Shown: positions 39,045 to 52,223 of the stretch, piece by piece
How the letters are laid out: every line of letters starts with the position of its first letter
Position numbering within the stretch: the stretch's first letter is position 1
Notes under the pieces: generated by a model
Told to the model about the DNA's origin: nothing
The model's database searches: none
The model's input: the letters and a program-made list of their open reading frames with translations, nothing else
Position numbers and translations under genes: made by a program
Assembly: GCA_004764695.1 (NCBI GenBank)
Contig: SMSO01000037.1
Coordinates: 2,394,747-2,458,746, forward strand
Length of the DNA: 64,000 bases
Source: Schizochytrium sp. TIO01
Lineage: Eukaryota > Protista > Bigyra: Labyrinthulomycetes
Direction of reading: 5' to 3'

Positions 39045-41800
39045 ATGAAGACCAGGTGAGACCTCTCTTCTGAAGGTAAGGTTCTCAAGTATTACACACC
39101 GAAATCCTGCCCTCTCAAAGAAAAAGAGTTACACGCGGCCTTGCAAAAGTGCATTTACATCCTGATCAAGCAAAATTAAGCACGGATCTGCATGTTGCTT
39201 TGCTGCAAATACTTTTAATTGGGTTCCCCTCTGTTTGTGGGTGTTAATTTACTTCCCTATGCCGGATTAAATTTTACGCACATCCCCAACATTTTCTCAC
39301 GATCACCCGAGCAACCGTCTGAAAGCCCACGTCACGTCTGTCAAATGTTTTTTTCCATATCTCCCAGGCGTTTCGGGAGTTGCTGTCCTCTACCCGCTAG
39401 CTCTAGTCTACTCTAGTTCACCCCGCACAGTTATAGACTGCGATACTGAAGTCATCGATGTCATCTTTCCACTAAAGGAGTTGATACGATCTATCGCGCA
39501 TCTCTCTGCGGAATGATCTTTATATACTTTATATGCCAATCAGTGCAGTAGACTCAGTTCTATGTTGGGTAGATCTCAATTACTCCTGTTTGTTCGTCGC
39601 CTAAATCCCCCATCAGAACGAGAAAACATCTGATTTTTCTGAAGATGGGGTTTGTTCTCTCGGCACCTGCTTCTCCGGCCTTAAAAATACTTGGCCCGAG
39701 CGTTCTCATGATGCGATAATTTTGTCTCACATTTGCCCAAGTGTGTTCTGAAGACAAACATTCGCACATCATTCTTCGTCATACCCCATTCACCCTTTCC
39801 CTACTCAATGTACTTTTCACATGTTTTCCCAATGTTTCAGCTAGTGCTGGATCTATCCGTTTTTAACGATGATCTAGTGCTGGTTTAGCTCCTTTCAAAA
39901 CTCACCAAAGAAGCAACAATATGTACCAATTGATACATTCTGTTTGTTGCTATGTTTCACTGCAAAAGCTTCTCTGCTTATTTTTTCCTATATAATAAAT
40001 TGCAACCATGTATCAACTTACTCTGTATCACTGTTTTCTTTTCTTTATTTCCCCAAATTTGATTACAATGTTGACTATCGTAGTGTTCTGACTTTGCATG
40101 CGTTGCACTAACGAAAATCATGGCAGGTCTTTCTGAGAAGATTGTATTCTGGGACGGCGAGCCAATCAAAACAATATACACGACTCGAAGACCTGGTTTT
40201 TGTTCTTTTGGGGATACTTGAGGAGAGTTCGTTTGCCAAGTGCGCACTTGGCAATAAAAACTGAAGCCTCCTCAATTATCAAAGCTGATTCCTTTTGCAT
40301 ATAGCCTCATGCTCAGCACCTCACAATAAGCGCACGATAAAAGTATACCTATTCATCATTATTTTGGTTCGACATCGCCCTCGCCTGTGTCTGCGGTTCC
40401 GTAAGATCATCGGTCAAACTAAATGGGTTTGGAGTACTTAATGGTACTGAATCAGAAGCCAAACTGGAGCGAAAACCTCCTATATACAAGTGCACCGACT
40501 TTGTATCACTGTAAGGATTGACAACCAACACCAGATTTGGCAACAAAAGTAGTAACATTCAAAATCAATTGGCGAACACTATGTCAAAGCTTGATCTTTC
40601 TCGTCTGATAATAGACTTCGCGACAAGTACAAGCATCAAACATAGCAACTCCAAAGCGAAGAAAAGAATTTGCAAAGCGTATGCGAAGAGCTGTTCTGGT
40701 GAACTATATGCTCACCAGCATATCAATCATTCTCCAGCATAAATTTGCTACATTCATTAAAAACCTTAATATTTGTCGAATGAACTTAAAGGAAATAATC
40801 GTAAATATCCTTCACTGCTCCCGGACCAATGCTTACCCGCACAGTCCTCAATTGGACGCGGCATCCCGAAGCATCAAATTCAGAAAGATTATTCAGATTG
40901 TTTAAGTTCGTATTGATTCGATAAGGCTGAACTTGGTCTGCTTTGCACTGGCTGAGCTTGCTCGAGTCATCGTAGTCTAGTATATAGGTAGCTTTGCTTT
41001 GCTAAGCCCAGGCAAGGACTTGTTGGCCAGCATTCAAACCATCATCTGCTAGAAGCCCGAACTTGCAGTTCTAAACAGTGAATCCCAAACAAAAGTTATG
41101 GTTGAATGTGCATATTGCCTGCATTTGATTGTGTCTCAGGTAGGGTCTTTAGGTTTGTAAAGTACTCTACTTCGTACGTATTGAAAATAGACTGGTTGTT
41201 CTTGATCTAGTCTTACAGAGCATGAGGCGACGATTGTGCTTGAAAGGTATCAATTATTATCATTATTTAGTCGACCAGAAAGATTACAAGCTATGAGGCA
41301 TCTACCTGAAGCTCACTCTTGAGCAACGAATATAAACTAAAAACATAGTTGCCATCATACGTCGGTGTCGTCAGATTCTAGCTTGTGGACATCAACAAAC
41401 AAGGATTACCATATTGAACACACCTCTTAGGATCCCTTCTTTGACAAGACCAATATAAACATGAATACAACCCAGTTCTTGGCACCTGACAAGCAGTTGG
41501 AATGTTCTGACCTATTTCTGCAAAGTAGGGACTGAAATCCTTTTCCAATTGAATTTCAAGCTTCGGCCGGTGAGCTTGTCCCAGCCCTCTGCTTCTTCAT
41601 AATTATTTTGGAGATATATCCTTGCAAAGTCGTAAAGATCTGTGCTACCGGGCGTCGTAAGCTCTGTTGCTGTTGCTGATGTCACGGTACTAAACATGCC
41701 AATACAAAAAGAGTCAGTGCTGACACCCGCATGCTTTTGTTTGTGTGGGTAAAAACTGTAAGAAATTTCATTGGTTTTGTTGATTGTAGATTTTTACTGT

Positions 41801-41801
<1 letters not shown>

Positions 41802-41832
<31 letters not shown>

Positions 41833-41834
41833 GG
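41802..41834 (+). repeat. T10-G23 homopolymer junction (G-quadruplex-capable G run)
   Basis: Read directly. The exact length may be affected by sequencing error. Confidence 0.85.
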
Positions 41835-42583
41835 AGCGCAGAAGCTTAGTTATAGAAGCTTTTACAGAAAATATATGTGCACTCTATTATTTTGGCTTGA
41901 ATTATTTTGCTCGCTCGTAGTGTGTACCGAATCAGGATTATCCATGTCACGACGAAAAGAAGACCTGAGTTAATGCAGACTCTGCTATACTGCTATAACT
42001 GGGTTGACAATGTTTTGGTGTGGCGGTGACTACCATCATGTCCTGAGGCCACAGTGTCGTTTGTTGCACAAACTTTAATGTTAAAATAAAAAGAAATATA
42101 AAATTGATTGTTTGCTTGTTGTTGCTGTGATTATCGTAAAGGTTGATCATGACAAGCGAGAAAGAGGTCTTACTTTACTTACTTGAATGTGCTTGAATGG
42201 TCATAAAACAAGCATTCCCAATTACGGTTGTGGAATGATTTTCATCTTATAACATCACGTGTAAGACAGCTGGGCCACGTAATAGGCTTTTGTTCCCCTA
42301 ATCGACTTTCTGTGGTAGTCAGATTGACATTTCTCTCTTGTATGGTGGTAAATTATGGATCGGAATTCGTAACTAATAGTTTCATGAGGTCGCACAAACA
42401 GGATTGCTGGAATTAGACGGAGGCAAGATGGGAGTAAAATGCAGATTCTCGAACACATGGACTACACAAAGGCGAGATGGATACCTATGTTGAGTTTCTG
42501 TGAAATATATATGCATAAGTATGTATATTTCTGCGTCATCTTCCTCTTGATGATGGTGATGATGTTTTAGGTTGTGCTATTAC

Positions 42584-45559
42584 TTACTCGTCAACATTTT
42601 TACCATGCTCAAGTTCTTCAACCTCTCTGCGGAGCTTTTCGAGGTCAAAGCTGATTGGGTCTTCATCTAGTGCGTTTGCATCCCCATCTGCTGCTACTGA
42701 GTCATCCTGGGCAGCGCCACGCGGTGAAGATCCATTTTCATAATTGTTTTGTGGTAAGGAACGTGCGGCTTTCTTAGAGGATGAAAAGCCATTCATGCCG
42801 ACACCATTGTTGTAATTATCACTGTGCACGTGGCCCTCCTCACCTTCTTCTAGGTTCTTGCCGCCGTAGACGGGAAGATCCTGGTGTGCATAATCATCGG
42901 GGCCTGTTTCGTGTGCGTAGTGGTGGTGAATTTCGCGTCGTGGCTGCGAGGCAGACCCAGCAGCAGATGCAGACCCGGAGCGTGCCGAGGGAGATCCCGG
43001 AAAACTAGTATACGATTGTGGCTGCATGGCAGGGCTACCACCAAAGCGTCCCGCATTGTCAAATTGACTAGCTTGCGGCTGCTGCTGCTGTTGCTGCTGC
43101 AAGGACTGGTAACGTGGTGACCGTGGAGACTGGTATTGCGAAGAGGAGGAAGGGGGAGGAGGAAGCGGGGCCGGTTGCTGGTACTGCGAAGATGGCTGCT
43201 GCCCAAGTGAGTGGCGCAGAACCTCGTCGAGCTCAGCACGCAGACTCATATTATCCTCCTTGAGGTTCTTGCGCTGATCCTGCACCATCTTGAGGAGATT
43301 CTTCGTCTGAGCAAGCTGCGCCTGGTACTTGCGATTGGACTCGCGGAGCATTGCAAGCTGCGCTTCGTTTTTGCGCGAGTGCTGCTGTTCTCGATCTGCC
43401 ACATCCCTTGACTGTGCTTCCATCGCCTGCCTCTGTTCTTGCATTGCTTTGAGCGCTCTCTGAGACTCCTCCAACGACCTCCTCAGCACCTCCGCGTCCG
43501 CCTCGCTCGCGTCGCGCGAAGTCACTGCCTTGCGAAGCTGGGCCTCTGCTTCATCCAACCTTGCCTCCAGCTCTGATGCTCTCTGTGCACCTCGCGTTTG
43601 GGCCTCTGCGAGTCCTGAGTTGGCTCGCTGCCTCTCCTCCTGCAGTCTTCTATTCTGCGCGGAGACCTCCTCAAGCTGTGCCTGGAGTGCCTGAACCTGC
43701 CTTGCGAGGTCACTCTGCTCTGACGCTGCAGATTCAAACTCTAGTCTGGCATTTTCAAGTCTCTCTCTGCTGGCTTCCTCGAGATCCTTGACAGCCTTTT
43801 TCAGATATGCCACCTCGTCGTCGAGCCTGAGTCTTTCCTCTTCGAGCATGAGGTTTCTCGCTCTCTCTTCGTCTCTCTGGACTTCTGCGCCAAGCTGCCT
43901 CTCCCTGGCTTTCTCGAGTTCCGCTCTCGCAACATTGTTCGCCTCCGCGAGCGCTCCGAGCCCTCTTCTCGTCTCTGCGAGCCACTCTTGCGCCGCTCCT
44001 GCTCCTCTGTTGTTCTTCTTGCGCTCGCCTTCATTTCCGTATTGCTGTTGAGGGTCTCTAAAGTCTCCCCCTGAAAGAAAGTGATTTCTGCGCATGTTCA
44101 AGCAGTCCTGTCTGAGCTGCTCGAGTTCTGCAGCTGCTTGTCTTTGCGCCTCCTCTGCGGCCCTCGCCTCTGCCGCAAGTTGCTGCACAGCTGCTCCAAG
44201 TCTTCCCACGGCTTCCACTTGGGCTGCAGATCTCTCTGCAGCGATTTGTCTCCACTTGGCAGCTTCGCTTTCTGCATTGTTTTCTCTCTTCCGCGAATCA
44301 GCTTCTTTACGCGCGAGCTCTCTCTCTGCGGTCTTGGCCCTCTCTCCCGCGGCTCCGCACCTTTGCTCGAGTTCTTCTCTCTCTGCAGCTGCTTGCCGAA
44401 GTTGTGCCTCTGCATCATCCTGGGCCCTTTGCAAAAGTCCTCCTAACGCCTGAACCTCTTCCTGGAGCCTGGCGTTCTGCTGTTCCTGCTTCCTGCGAGC
44501 CTCTGCGCTCTCTGCTGCGCGGTTGCGTGCCTGCTCTGCTGCGTTTCTCTCACGCTCGCGGGCGTCCCTCGCGAGGGCCGCTAGCTCCTCCTGTGCTTCT
44601 CGCAGCCGCGCTTCGAGTCTGTCTTTATCAGCAGCCCTCGCTGCGGCCTGCGCAAGGAGGTCCTGGCCTAGAGTCTCGAGCTCGGCATTGAGAGCTCTGG
44701 TTTCATCCTGGAGTGCCCTGTTGGCGTTCTCCACGTCGCCCTTTTCCCTGCGGGCTGCGTCAAGTTGTTTCCGTAGCTGGTCAAGGAGTGCGGCCTGCTG
44801 GTCGAACTGCTGCTGTGTTCTGGCTGCCTTGGACTGCTCATTGTGCAGCTCAGACTTGACCTGAGCTTCGTGCAGGTGCCTCTGTCTTTCGCCCTCCTCG
44901 AGGTCCTTGACCCTGGCTTGTGCTTTACGGTTCTGTTCTCTCAATTGCTCAAGCTCTTCCTCGCGTTCCCGAAGAGCCCTTTCGCGCTCCTCACCACGCG
45001 CCCTGAGCACCCCAAGTTCCCTCGAGGCAGGCCCGTGTGCCGCACGCAGCTCAGCAAGTTCCCTGCTCAAGTCCTCGTACGAGGCCCTGTGAGCCCGAAG
45101 ACGCTCCTCTTCCTCATCACGCGCCTCTCGCAGACGCTTCTCAGCCTCTTCTCTGCGTCGGTCACTGTCCTCTGCGCGAGAGAGAGCATCCTCCAGCTCT
45201 TTGCGCGTCTCCTCGCCTGCAGCTGCCGCCTCTTCAGCAAACTTCTCCAGCGCTGCCGCCTCCTTTGCCTTGACGTCTAGGTCTACGCGCAGCCGCTTTG
45301 CCTCCGTGCCTGCGCGCGAGGCAACCTCTTGCGCGGCTGACAACTTGCGACGCAGCTCCGCCTGGTCTGCGCGCACAGAGTCGCAGACGGCAAGTGCCTG
45401 CCGCAGTGCGTGCTGCTTCGCCTGAAGGTCGCGCTGTGCGGTCAGCTGGGCGTCCTCATGCTCGCGGAGCTGCTCAAGAAGTTCGTTAGAAAACTCCACT
45501 TGCTGCTGTAGCTGCTCTGCTAGCTGTTCCACCTCGCCATCGCGGGAGGACGAAGCCAT
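42584..45559 (-). CDS. Large coiled-coil protein (~991 aa) with a disordered Q/P/S-rich C-terminal tail; family not identified
   Basis: Uninterrupted ~3-kb ORF. E/Q/R/A/L heptad-rich sequence runs for about 780 aa. The ORF track starts at GTG 45562, but the first ATG is at 45559. Confidence 0.9.
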   Translation of the reverse strand: MASSSRDGEVEQLAEQLQQQVEFSNELLEQLREHEDAQLTAQRDLQAKQHALRQALAVCDSVRADQAELRRKLSAAQEVASRAGTEAKRLRVDLDVKAKEAAALEKFAEEAAAAGEETRKELEDALSRAEDSDRRREEAEKRLREARDEEEERLRAHRASYEDLSRELAELRAAHGPASRELGVLRARGEERERALREREEELEQLREQNRKAQARVKDLEEGERQRHLHEAQVKSELHNEQSKAARTQQQFDQQAALLDQLRKQLDAARREKGDVENANRALQDETRALNAELETLGQDLLAQAAARAADKDRLEARLREAQEELAALARDARERERNAAEQARNRAAESAEARRKQEQQNARLQEEVQALGGLLQRAQDDAEAQLRQAAAEREELEQRCGAAGERAKTAERELARKEADSRKRENNAESEAAKWRQIAAERSAAQVEAVGRLGAAVQQLAAEARAAEEAQRQAAAELEQLRQDCLNMRRNHFLSGGDFRDPQQQYGNEGERKKNNRGAGAAQEWLAETRRGLGALAEANNVARAELEKARERQLGAEVQRDEERARNLMLEEERLRLDDEVAYLKKAVKDLEEASRERLENARLEFESAASEQSDLARQVQALQAQLEEVSAQNRRLQEERQRANSGLAEAQTRGAQRASELEARLDEAEAQLRKAVTSRDASEADAEVLRRSLEESQRALKAMQEQRQAMEAQSRDVADREQQHSRKNEAQLAMLRESNRKYQAQLAQTKNLLKMVQDQRKNLKEDNMSLRAELDEVLRHSLGQQPSSQYQQPAPLPPPPSSSSQYQSPRSPRYQSLQQQQQQQPQASQFDNAGRFGGSPAMQPQSYTSFPGSPSARSGSASAAGSASQPRREIHHHYAHETGPDDYAHQDLPVYGGKNLEEGEEGHVHSDNYNNGVGMNGFSSSKKAARSLPQNNYENGSSPRGAAQDDSVAADGDANALDEDPISFDLEKLRREVEELEHGKNVDE

Positions 45560-48500
45560 CACGGCAGCGCAAGAGCTTTTGATACGAACGACAGCAATTT
45601 ATCTCGAGCTCGAGTTTAGATGCAACGAAGGATGTGGTGCACAAAGGACAAAGTAAATAATCCCAGCAGGACAGGCTGCCAGCAAACGGGCAAGCGGATA
45701 GAGCCACAGCACACGCAGCTCCTCAGCTACGCAGCTGCGCAAACGCTCCGCGGCGCTTCAAATGGGGTCTGTCTCGTCGCCTTCCTCTTGACAAGGCAGC
45801 TCCGCTTTGCAATTCTTACATCTGCACATCAATCAGATGAAGCACCATTGAGCACTTACATACGAAATACCCAAGTACACTATACTAAACCAAAGTGGGG
45901 TATACAGAAATAGTCAAGTTGCTCGTGGCGTATAACCTACTTGTGAGGTGACTCTAAAGAAAGGCCTACCAAGGGCAGAGTAGGATCTCTGGCGGTTGTG
46001 CACCTAGAAGTGCTTAAGGGAGTACTTAAATCCGGACTAGCTACTAGGATTGGTATCTGCATAGTAGTAAGAGGAAAAGAGGTGTGTAACGGATGAAATG
46101 GCGGAGACGAATTCACAAGGAAGCACAGAGTGCTCTGCGTTTTCAAAAGAAAGAAGTCCCGCTGTGAAGTACAAAGTAAACATGTGTACATTGACGAGGA
46201 GTGAAAAGGGGCTTTGCGCTGGTCTTGAATTTTAAGAATATTTTCTTTGATAGGAGCTGGTTTGGATCAGGGGTTTGGGAAATTTGGGATAGAACATCTC
46301 AAACGTTGTCCTCTCATAGCACGCCTGTAAATATCATGGTTTAAAAATTATGCCGAGGTGTGCAATACGTATTATTTATTGTTGCAGTGTATATAAGTAA
46401 ATAAGATCCTGTGACCAGCTGCTCAACGCTCAGGTCTACAAGTGGTGGTAAACACCTTCCCCAAGACCACGGCCGTATTTGGATAACAACAATGGCTCAA
46501 AGAGATTATTAAGCCCAGCCATCGTGCTTAATATCAAATAATATTTCTACAGAGGTTGTAGTTTGACCACGTAAAATGTGACCCTGTTAGGTACCTGATA
46601 TGAATAACGAAAAGCGTGTTGAAACGATTTTTGTAGCCTCCATTTTATTGGCTACCTAACCGTCGTAACATTTGTTCTCTTTCCTAGCAATAGATATTTA
46701 TAATCTATTCTAATCTGTGTGTATCTCTCCTAAGTTGCCGCACATTGTAAAGGTCACTCATCAGAGTCCATCGCAACAAGTAAAGCAGACAGAACTACCC
46801 TAATCTAACACTATAATAATTTATGGCTTGCTTGTTTGCTTGCTTGCTTGTTGCTTGCTTGCTTGCTTGCTTGTAATGGATCCTTCGTTTGATAACTGTA
46901 CTATGAAGATATAATTCACAAGCGCGCTGTCGAGATCTTCAATCGAAGGGAAATGTTTACAGCATGTCATAGTACGAATAACAACTTGAAAAGTCTTAGT
47001 ACTAGATGCCCAAATGCGTGGTTGTGACAACAAGGATTCTAAGAATCAGAACTTTATACAAATATTCAGTAGATTGATTATGGTGGGATTAACGTTGATG
47101 GTTCATTAGACAAGTTACTTACCCCAACCCTTTCAATCGCATGTATGTAGTGCAGATCAAGGCTGTCTTAGTCTTCCAATTATAACATTACTCTAAGACA
47201 GCAGATCACCAACTTTAAACGCCAAACTTCACTAAGCATTCCCTTGGCACTTTTCAAGCCTCGAGCCTTGATTTTTCTAGTCAACCTCTACCTGACCAGC
47301 TTCATTTTCAGAGCACGCTCAATACCTCGTAACTTTGTCAAGTACAAACACATAGGAACAGATATCATGTGTTGATTATTATTTATGATAATTGCGACAA
47401 ACACTGTATTGCCCGCGCTGTATCAATGCATGAGCAAGCCATGTCACCCCATTATCTGGATGCACGCCCTACACTAGCATATCGTCACTCTCCGAGCTCG
47501 CAAACTAGTTTTTTGCAGCCGCCGGAGGAATCCGTGTTTGATTCTCCTGACATTGCAAGGGAAAGCCGATGTGACAGGCAGGAACTCTGAATCAGTACAA
47601 AGAGTTTGGTGTCAGCTGTCGAAGGACACAGAGATGTCAATCAGGGACTCCAGTTTGTAAGATCAACGTGGTGTAATGATTTCATAAATTGACTTCCATG
47701 AAGGCCACATCCATTTGGCTATCTCCAACTACCCTAAGAGACACCTTTCTTCATATGCCTAATTTAAGTGTTGTGAACTTCTGCACCCTCGGTGCATGAG
47801 GGTTCTGTCGCATCTCCATTACGGCCCTATCACGTGCACTAACCCCATCCATCAGCTCTTTAAACTACAAGCGTCTTCCATCGCCATCGCTCACGGTGTT
47901 CAAGACACTCGCTGTCTCCAGGGCTGTATGGAGTTCACACCGTGCTGTCTCCTGATCTTTCGGAACAAAGCTCAGCAATCCATCAAAACATGACAACTTG
48001 TCTCGGTGGCTAGCTAGCCAAGTTGCCTGCCAAGTTGCCTGCCTGCCGAACTCACTGGCCGTTCCTCGCTTTGCTCGCTTGAACTCCTCGAGGTCCTGTT
48101 CTACTCTAACACTCCAACGCTTCAGGGTCCTTGATGGAGCGGAAATGGATGCTGGGCCGTGGTCCACTCCCGTCTTGTAATATGCACGCACAGAGAAAGT
48201 GACAACGTTCTTCAACGTACGCTTTTCAACGCCACACTATCTTTTTTAATCAATATAATTTAATCAAAAAAAACATTTTGTTTTTTCCTTCTATAAAAGA
48301 AAAGAAAAGAAAATCACTGCAAAGTCACAAATAAGAAAGCTGGTAAGAGCCCCCCCACTACTCCTACTACTGCATACTATATCTTGTGTCTGGTAAGAGA
48401 AAAGTGGACTTCAACAAAGGAGAGAACTATGCAAGAAAGGGGTTTTATTATAGTGGAACTTCGGGTACCCACCTACCACTACTCTTAGTAGTACTATCAA

Positions 48501-49270
48501 TACTACTACTACTATTGCTACTACTACCACCTATCACCAATTCACAGGAACTCCAGCGAAAGAAGGCTGAGAAGAAGAATTAAGAAGAAGCGCAGCAGGA
48601 GAAGGAGCTCTCCTCGCAAACTCAACGTGAGCTCCATCTGCTTTGCTCGCCTACTAGGCCAAGTGCCACCCATGTGTGCCTCTTCATCGAAAAGGCCGCA
48701 ATCCTCAGCCAGCCAGCCAGCCACGAATTAATTGTACGCAATCAATCATTCATTCATCTATCATTTTTCATCATTCATTCACTCATTTCTCTACTAAAAC
48801 TAAGAAGAGTGCGCCAGCTCGCCAGTCCCTACAGTTAGCCTTAGCTGGACCCTAGCGACCCCGTGCCAGTTAGTCGGTTCGTTCCTGAGAGTCCATTTTG
48901 CACCTTTCCTGGCAAAAGCCAATTCTTCCCTCCTCACTAACTCACTCCTACTTACCCTTATCTATCTATCTATCTATCTATCTATCTCTCTCTCTCTCTG
49001 GCTGGAGAGATTTTCCTTGAATCTATTTGGCTCGTAAGCTCCTTCGATTGGAGTCGCCGGAAGCTGCTGCTGCTGCTGCTGAGCCAGCGTAGGTGTCTTC
49101 TGAAGACACATGCGGGCCTGATGTTGCGAGGCGGGAGTCGATTGGCGCCGTTGCTGTCGTTGACCATTCGAAGATAGACAGACCTTCATCTTCATTTCTT
49201 CTTGGAGTTTTCTGAAAAGTCTGCTGCCACCTAGTTCTACCCTTTGTGCTAGCCAGGTGCTACTCGCCAA

Positions 49271-49302
49271 CCTCTTTTTCTTTCTTTCTTTCTTTCTTTC
49301 TT

Positions 49303-49334
<32 letters not shown>

Positions 49335-49339
49335 TCTTT
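49271..49339 (+). repeat. Polypyrimidine (CTTT)n/(CT)n compound tract
   Basis: About 70 nt containing only C and T. Confidence 0.9.
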
Positions 49340-52223
49340 CGCGAAAACAGCACAAGAAAGGAACCAATCCCTCTCTCTTATCTATTTGCTTATCTCGCCA
49401 TCTCTTTACTATGAGAAGACTTCGACCTCCATCATTCATCTAAAACTGGGTTGGTTCTGCAGGACCTGCGTCGAAGAACTCGGACCAAATCCTCGCGAGG
49501 CCGCCTGCGCTGCGCTTGGGCCCACGGTCCTCCAATCGATCGATCGATCGATGGATTTCCCAAAACATCGCAGTCTTCATTTAATAAATAAGGCACACAT
49601 GATCAATTCAAACAAACCATGCTCGCAGGCAGAATCGGGCGGGCTCCAGCCAGCCTGCCCAGACTGGGACAGCGCAGAGACAGCGCAGGACCTCCCTTCA
49701 CGGCACACGCGCCGCCGTCACCGTGCCGGAGCCCTGCATCCGGGACCGCGCAGACCTCCCTCCGCGGCGGTGCCGGCGCTTCGCATTCACAATGGGACTT
49801 TGTTCGATGATCGCAATTCATTCCCTCACTCTGCAAAGGAGAACAAGGGGGCCCCTGTGTGACTACGAGTCGATAGGCGTCGACTAGGGTCCCCCGAGAG
49901 CAGAGGAAACTTTTTGAGATATATATATGTATGTACATACATATATATATAATATGCATTCCTTTCAATGGTCCTTTGAGATTGCATTGCTGGAAATCCA
50001 AGATGAAGGCCCAATATGGCGCCCCGGATCCTCTGCCTTGCGGCTTTCTGCTGGCCTGCTTGCGAGCGAGAGAGAGAGAGCGAGGGGGGGGGCGACACTG
50101 TGCGTACGCGCCGCTGCGAAGGGCCTTTCTGAATGCCTCGAGGTATCTAAGAGATGATGGATGTGTAATGTACCCCACACAAACGCAATACATTTGATAC
50201 GTTCGCATTTCTCTTAGCACTGAGAGGGAGGGGTCCTATGCAATCGCTAGATACTCTTACCGCGAGGGGACAGCGGATTGTTTATTTGTATATTTGTTTG
50301 TTTGGTTGTGTAGTCGTGTAGTGATCTGATTGAGGCTGTTTGCAAATTGCCTCCTTGAGTGCCATTCTGCTTGGGAGTGCGGCCTTCGCTCAGCGCCGCT
50401 CCTCCCGACAGCTCCTGGAGACCTCGAAGCCGTGGGCCTCTCTCTGCAACCAACTTGAACTTAATGGACAAACAAACAAACAGACAAACAAAGAAATCAC
50501 TCCTCAACGACCGTGCATACACCCGTCGCGTAACATGGCGCACCTCCCCCAATCCCACTTCTTTAGTTTAGATCACTTTCTTCTTTCTCCTGTCCGGCTA
50601 GTTTTTCCTCCCTCTGTTCAACTGCTTTCTCCCATACTTTTCATTCAACAAAACTTAAAACATTATTCAATCAATCAATCAATCAATCAATTAATTAATA
50701 TATAAATATAAGTAGACACATACATACATACATACGTACATAGACCCTGAAAATAGAAATGTTTTTGTTTTTGTTTTTTTAACTTTTAAAAGCCTTCCTT
50801 TCCCAGAATCAGCGAGGCACCCTATGCATTCGGCTATGTAGCTGCTAGCCCGGGTTCCCGTGCCAGCGAGCGAGCGAGTGAGCCGCCGCCTCTTCATTAG
50901 CCGGTTCTCCAGCTCCTTTCGAGGGAGGCTGCCTGCCTGCCTGCTCAGCTGTTTAGCTGTGTTAGCTAGCTGTCTGTCTGGCTGCCTGACTGTCTGCCGG
51001 CGGGGAGGCCGCCTGTTCAGCCTCTTCAACGGAAGGGTCTTCTGCTGCGGCCTCGAGCGAGCGAACGCCTGCGCCACTCGAGCGAGGTTCGCCATATTGT
51101 TCACAATGGCGGCCAGTAAAAAGTAAGAAAGTGTTTTTAATTGTTATTATTGTTATGATTATTTCGATGACGGATATGGAAAGAAAGGAGTTTTCAACGC
51201 GTTAATATTTTAAAATAAACTAAGTAAATCGCCGTTTGCCTTGCTTCTGTAGTCTGTGTATGTATGCATGTATGTATGTATGTATTTATGTATTTGTGTC
51301 TATATGCAGAGAGCAGAATACGGGGAGCACGGCCTGGGTGGATACAAGGGCGCCTATAGGCTTGAAGGTTGCACTTAAATGAAGCGTGGTTCACGAGGAT
51401 ATCGTGTTCTTCGATGATTAAATCACTTTTCCAGCGTTTGGAAAGTGTGGGAAACACGAAGAATTTTTTATTTTTTATTTTTTTTGTAAAAAGTATAGTT
51501 GAAAAAAAAAATAAAAATAAAAGGGAAAAGGAGCGCTCTCTCTATTGTGCTCATCCACGTCTCCACTCCGTGTGGAAACCAACTCCTCTCGCTCGAGTCT
51601 CCTTTCGATCCTTTCGCAGCAATTGCGAAGCCGGGCAGAAGCGCACGCAAGCCAAGACGTCCTGCCTCACCTCGGGGAGCGGCGGAGAGAAGAAGGAGAA
51701 ACGCAAACGAGGGACGGCCTGCAGGCATCGGGCATCGCTCAATCAAATAATCAATCAGCTCGAAAACAGAGAAAGAAGAAACACTAAACAAACAAACAAA
51801 CAAACAAACACACAACACACATCTCAATAACAGAAATCAGTCAAACCCCCAAAAAGAAACACCGGAAACGGAACACGGTGTGAGCACGAGAGAGCGGGAA
51901 AGCACGTCAAGCCATTGCGGAATCAAAGACTAAACAAAGGAGCAACCCCCAGCAAACACTCAACGCGACAGCACTCGGGCTCGAGGGAGCCCTCTGCTGC
52001 GCTGCTTGCTATTGGCTGCGCTACTTCTCCTACCTCCTCTTCTCCGACTGACCGCGGGCTCGCACACTACGCGGAGACTTTTTCTTCAGCCGCGGTATTT
52101 ACTCGTGGCGATACCTTCTTCAGTCATAGTCCTCACAGGCTTCCACGGCGGCTTGGAAAAGGCTTACTTAAACTCTTTGAGCAAGTAACCGAGGAACTTC
52201 AGAATTAAGTTGCAATTTCGAAG

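Noticed and set aside
46821-47033. HFPSIEDLDSALVNYI resembles the C-terminal helix of IS3/IS630-type transposases
   Set aside because: Too short. No DDE core, terminal inverted repeats or target-site duplication is visible, and the opposite strand reads equally protein-like.
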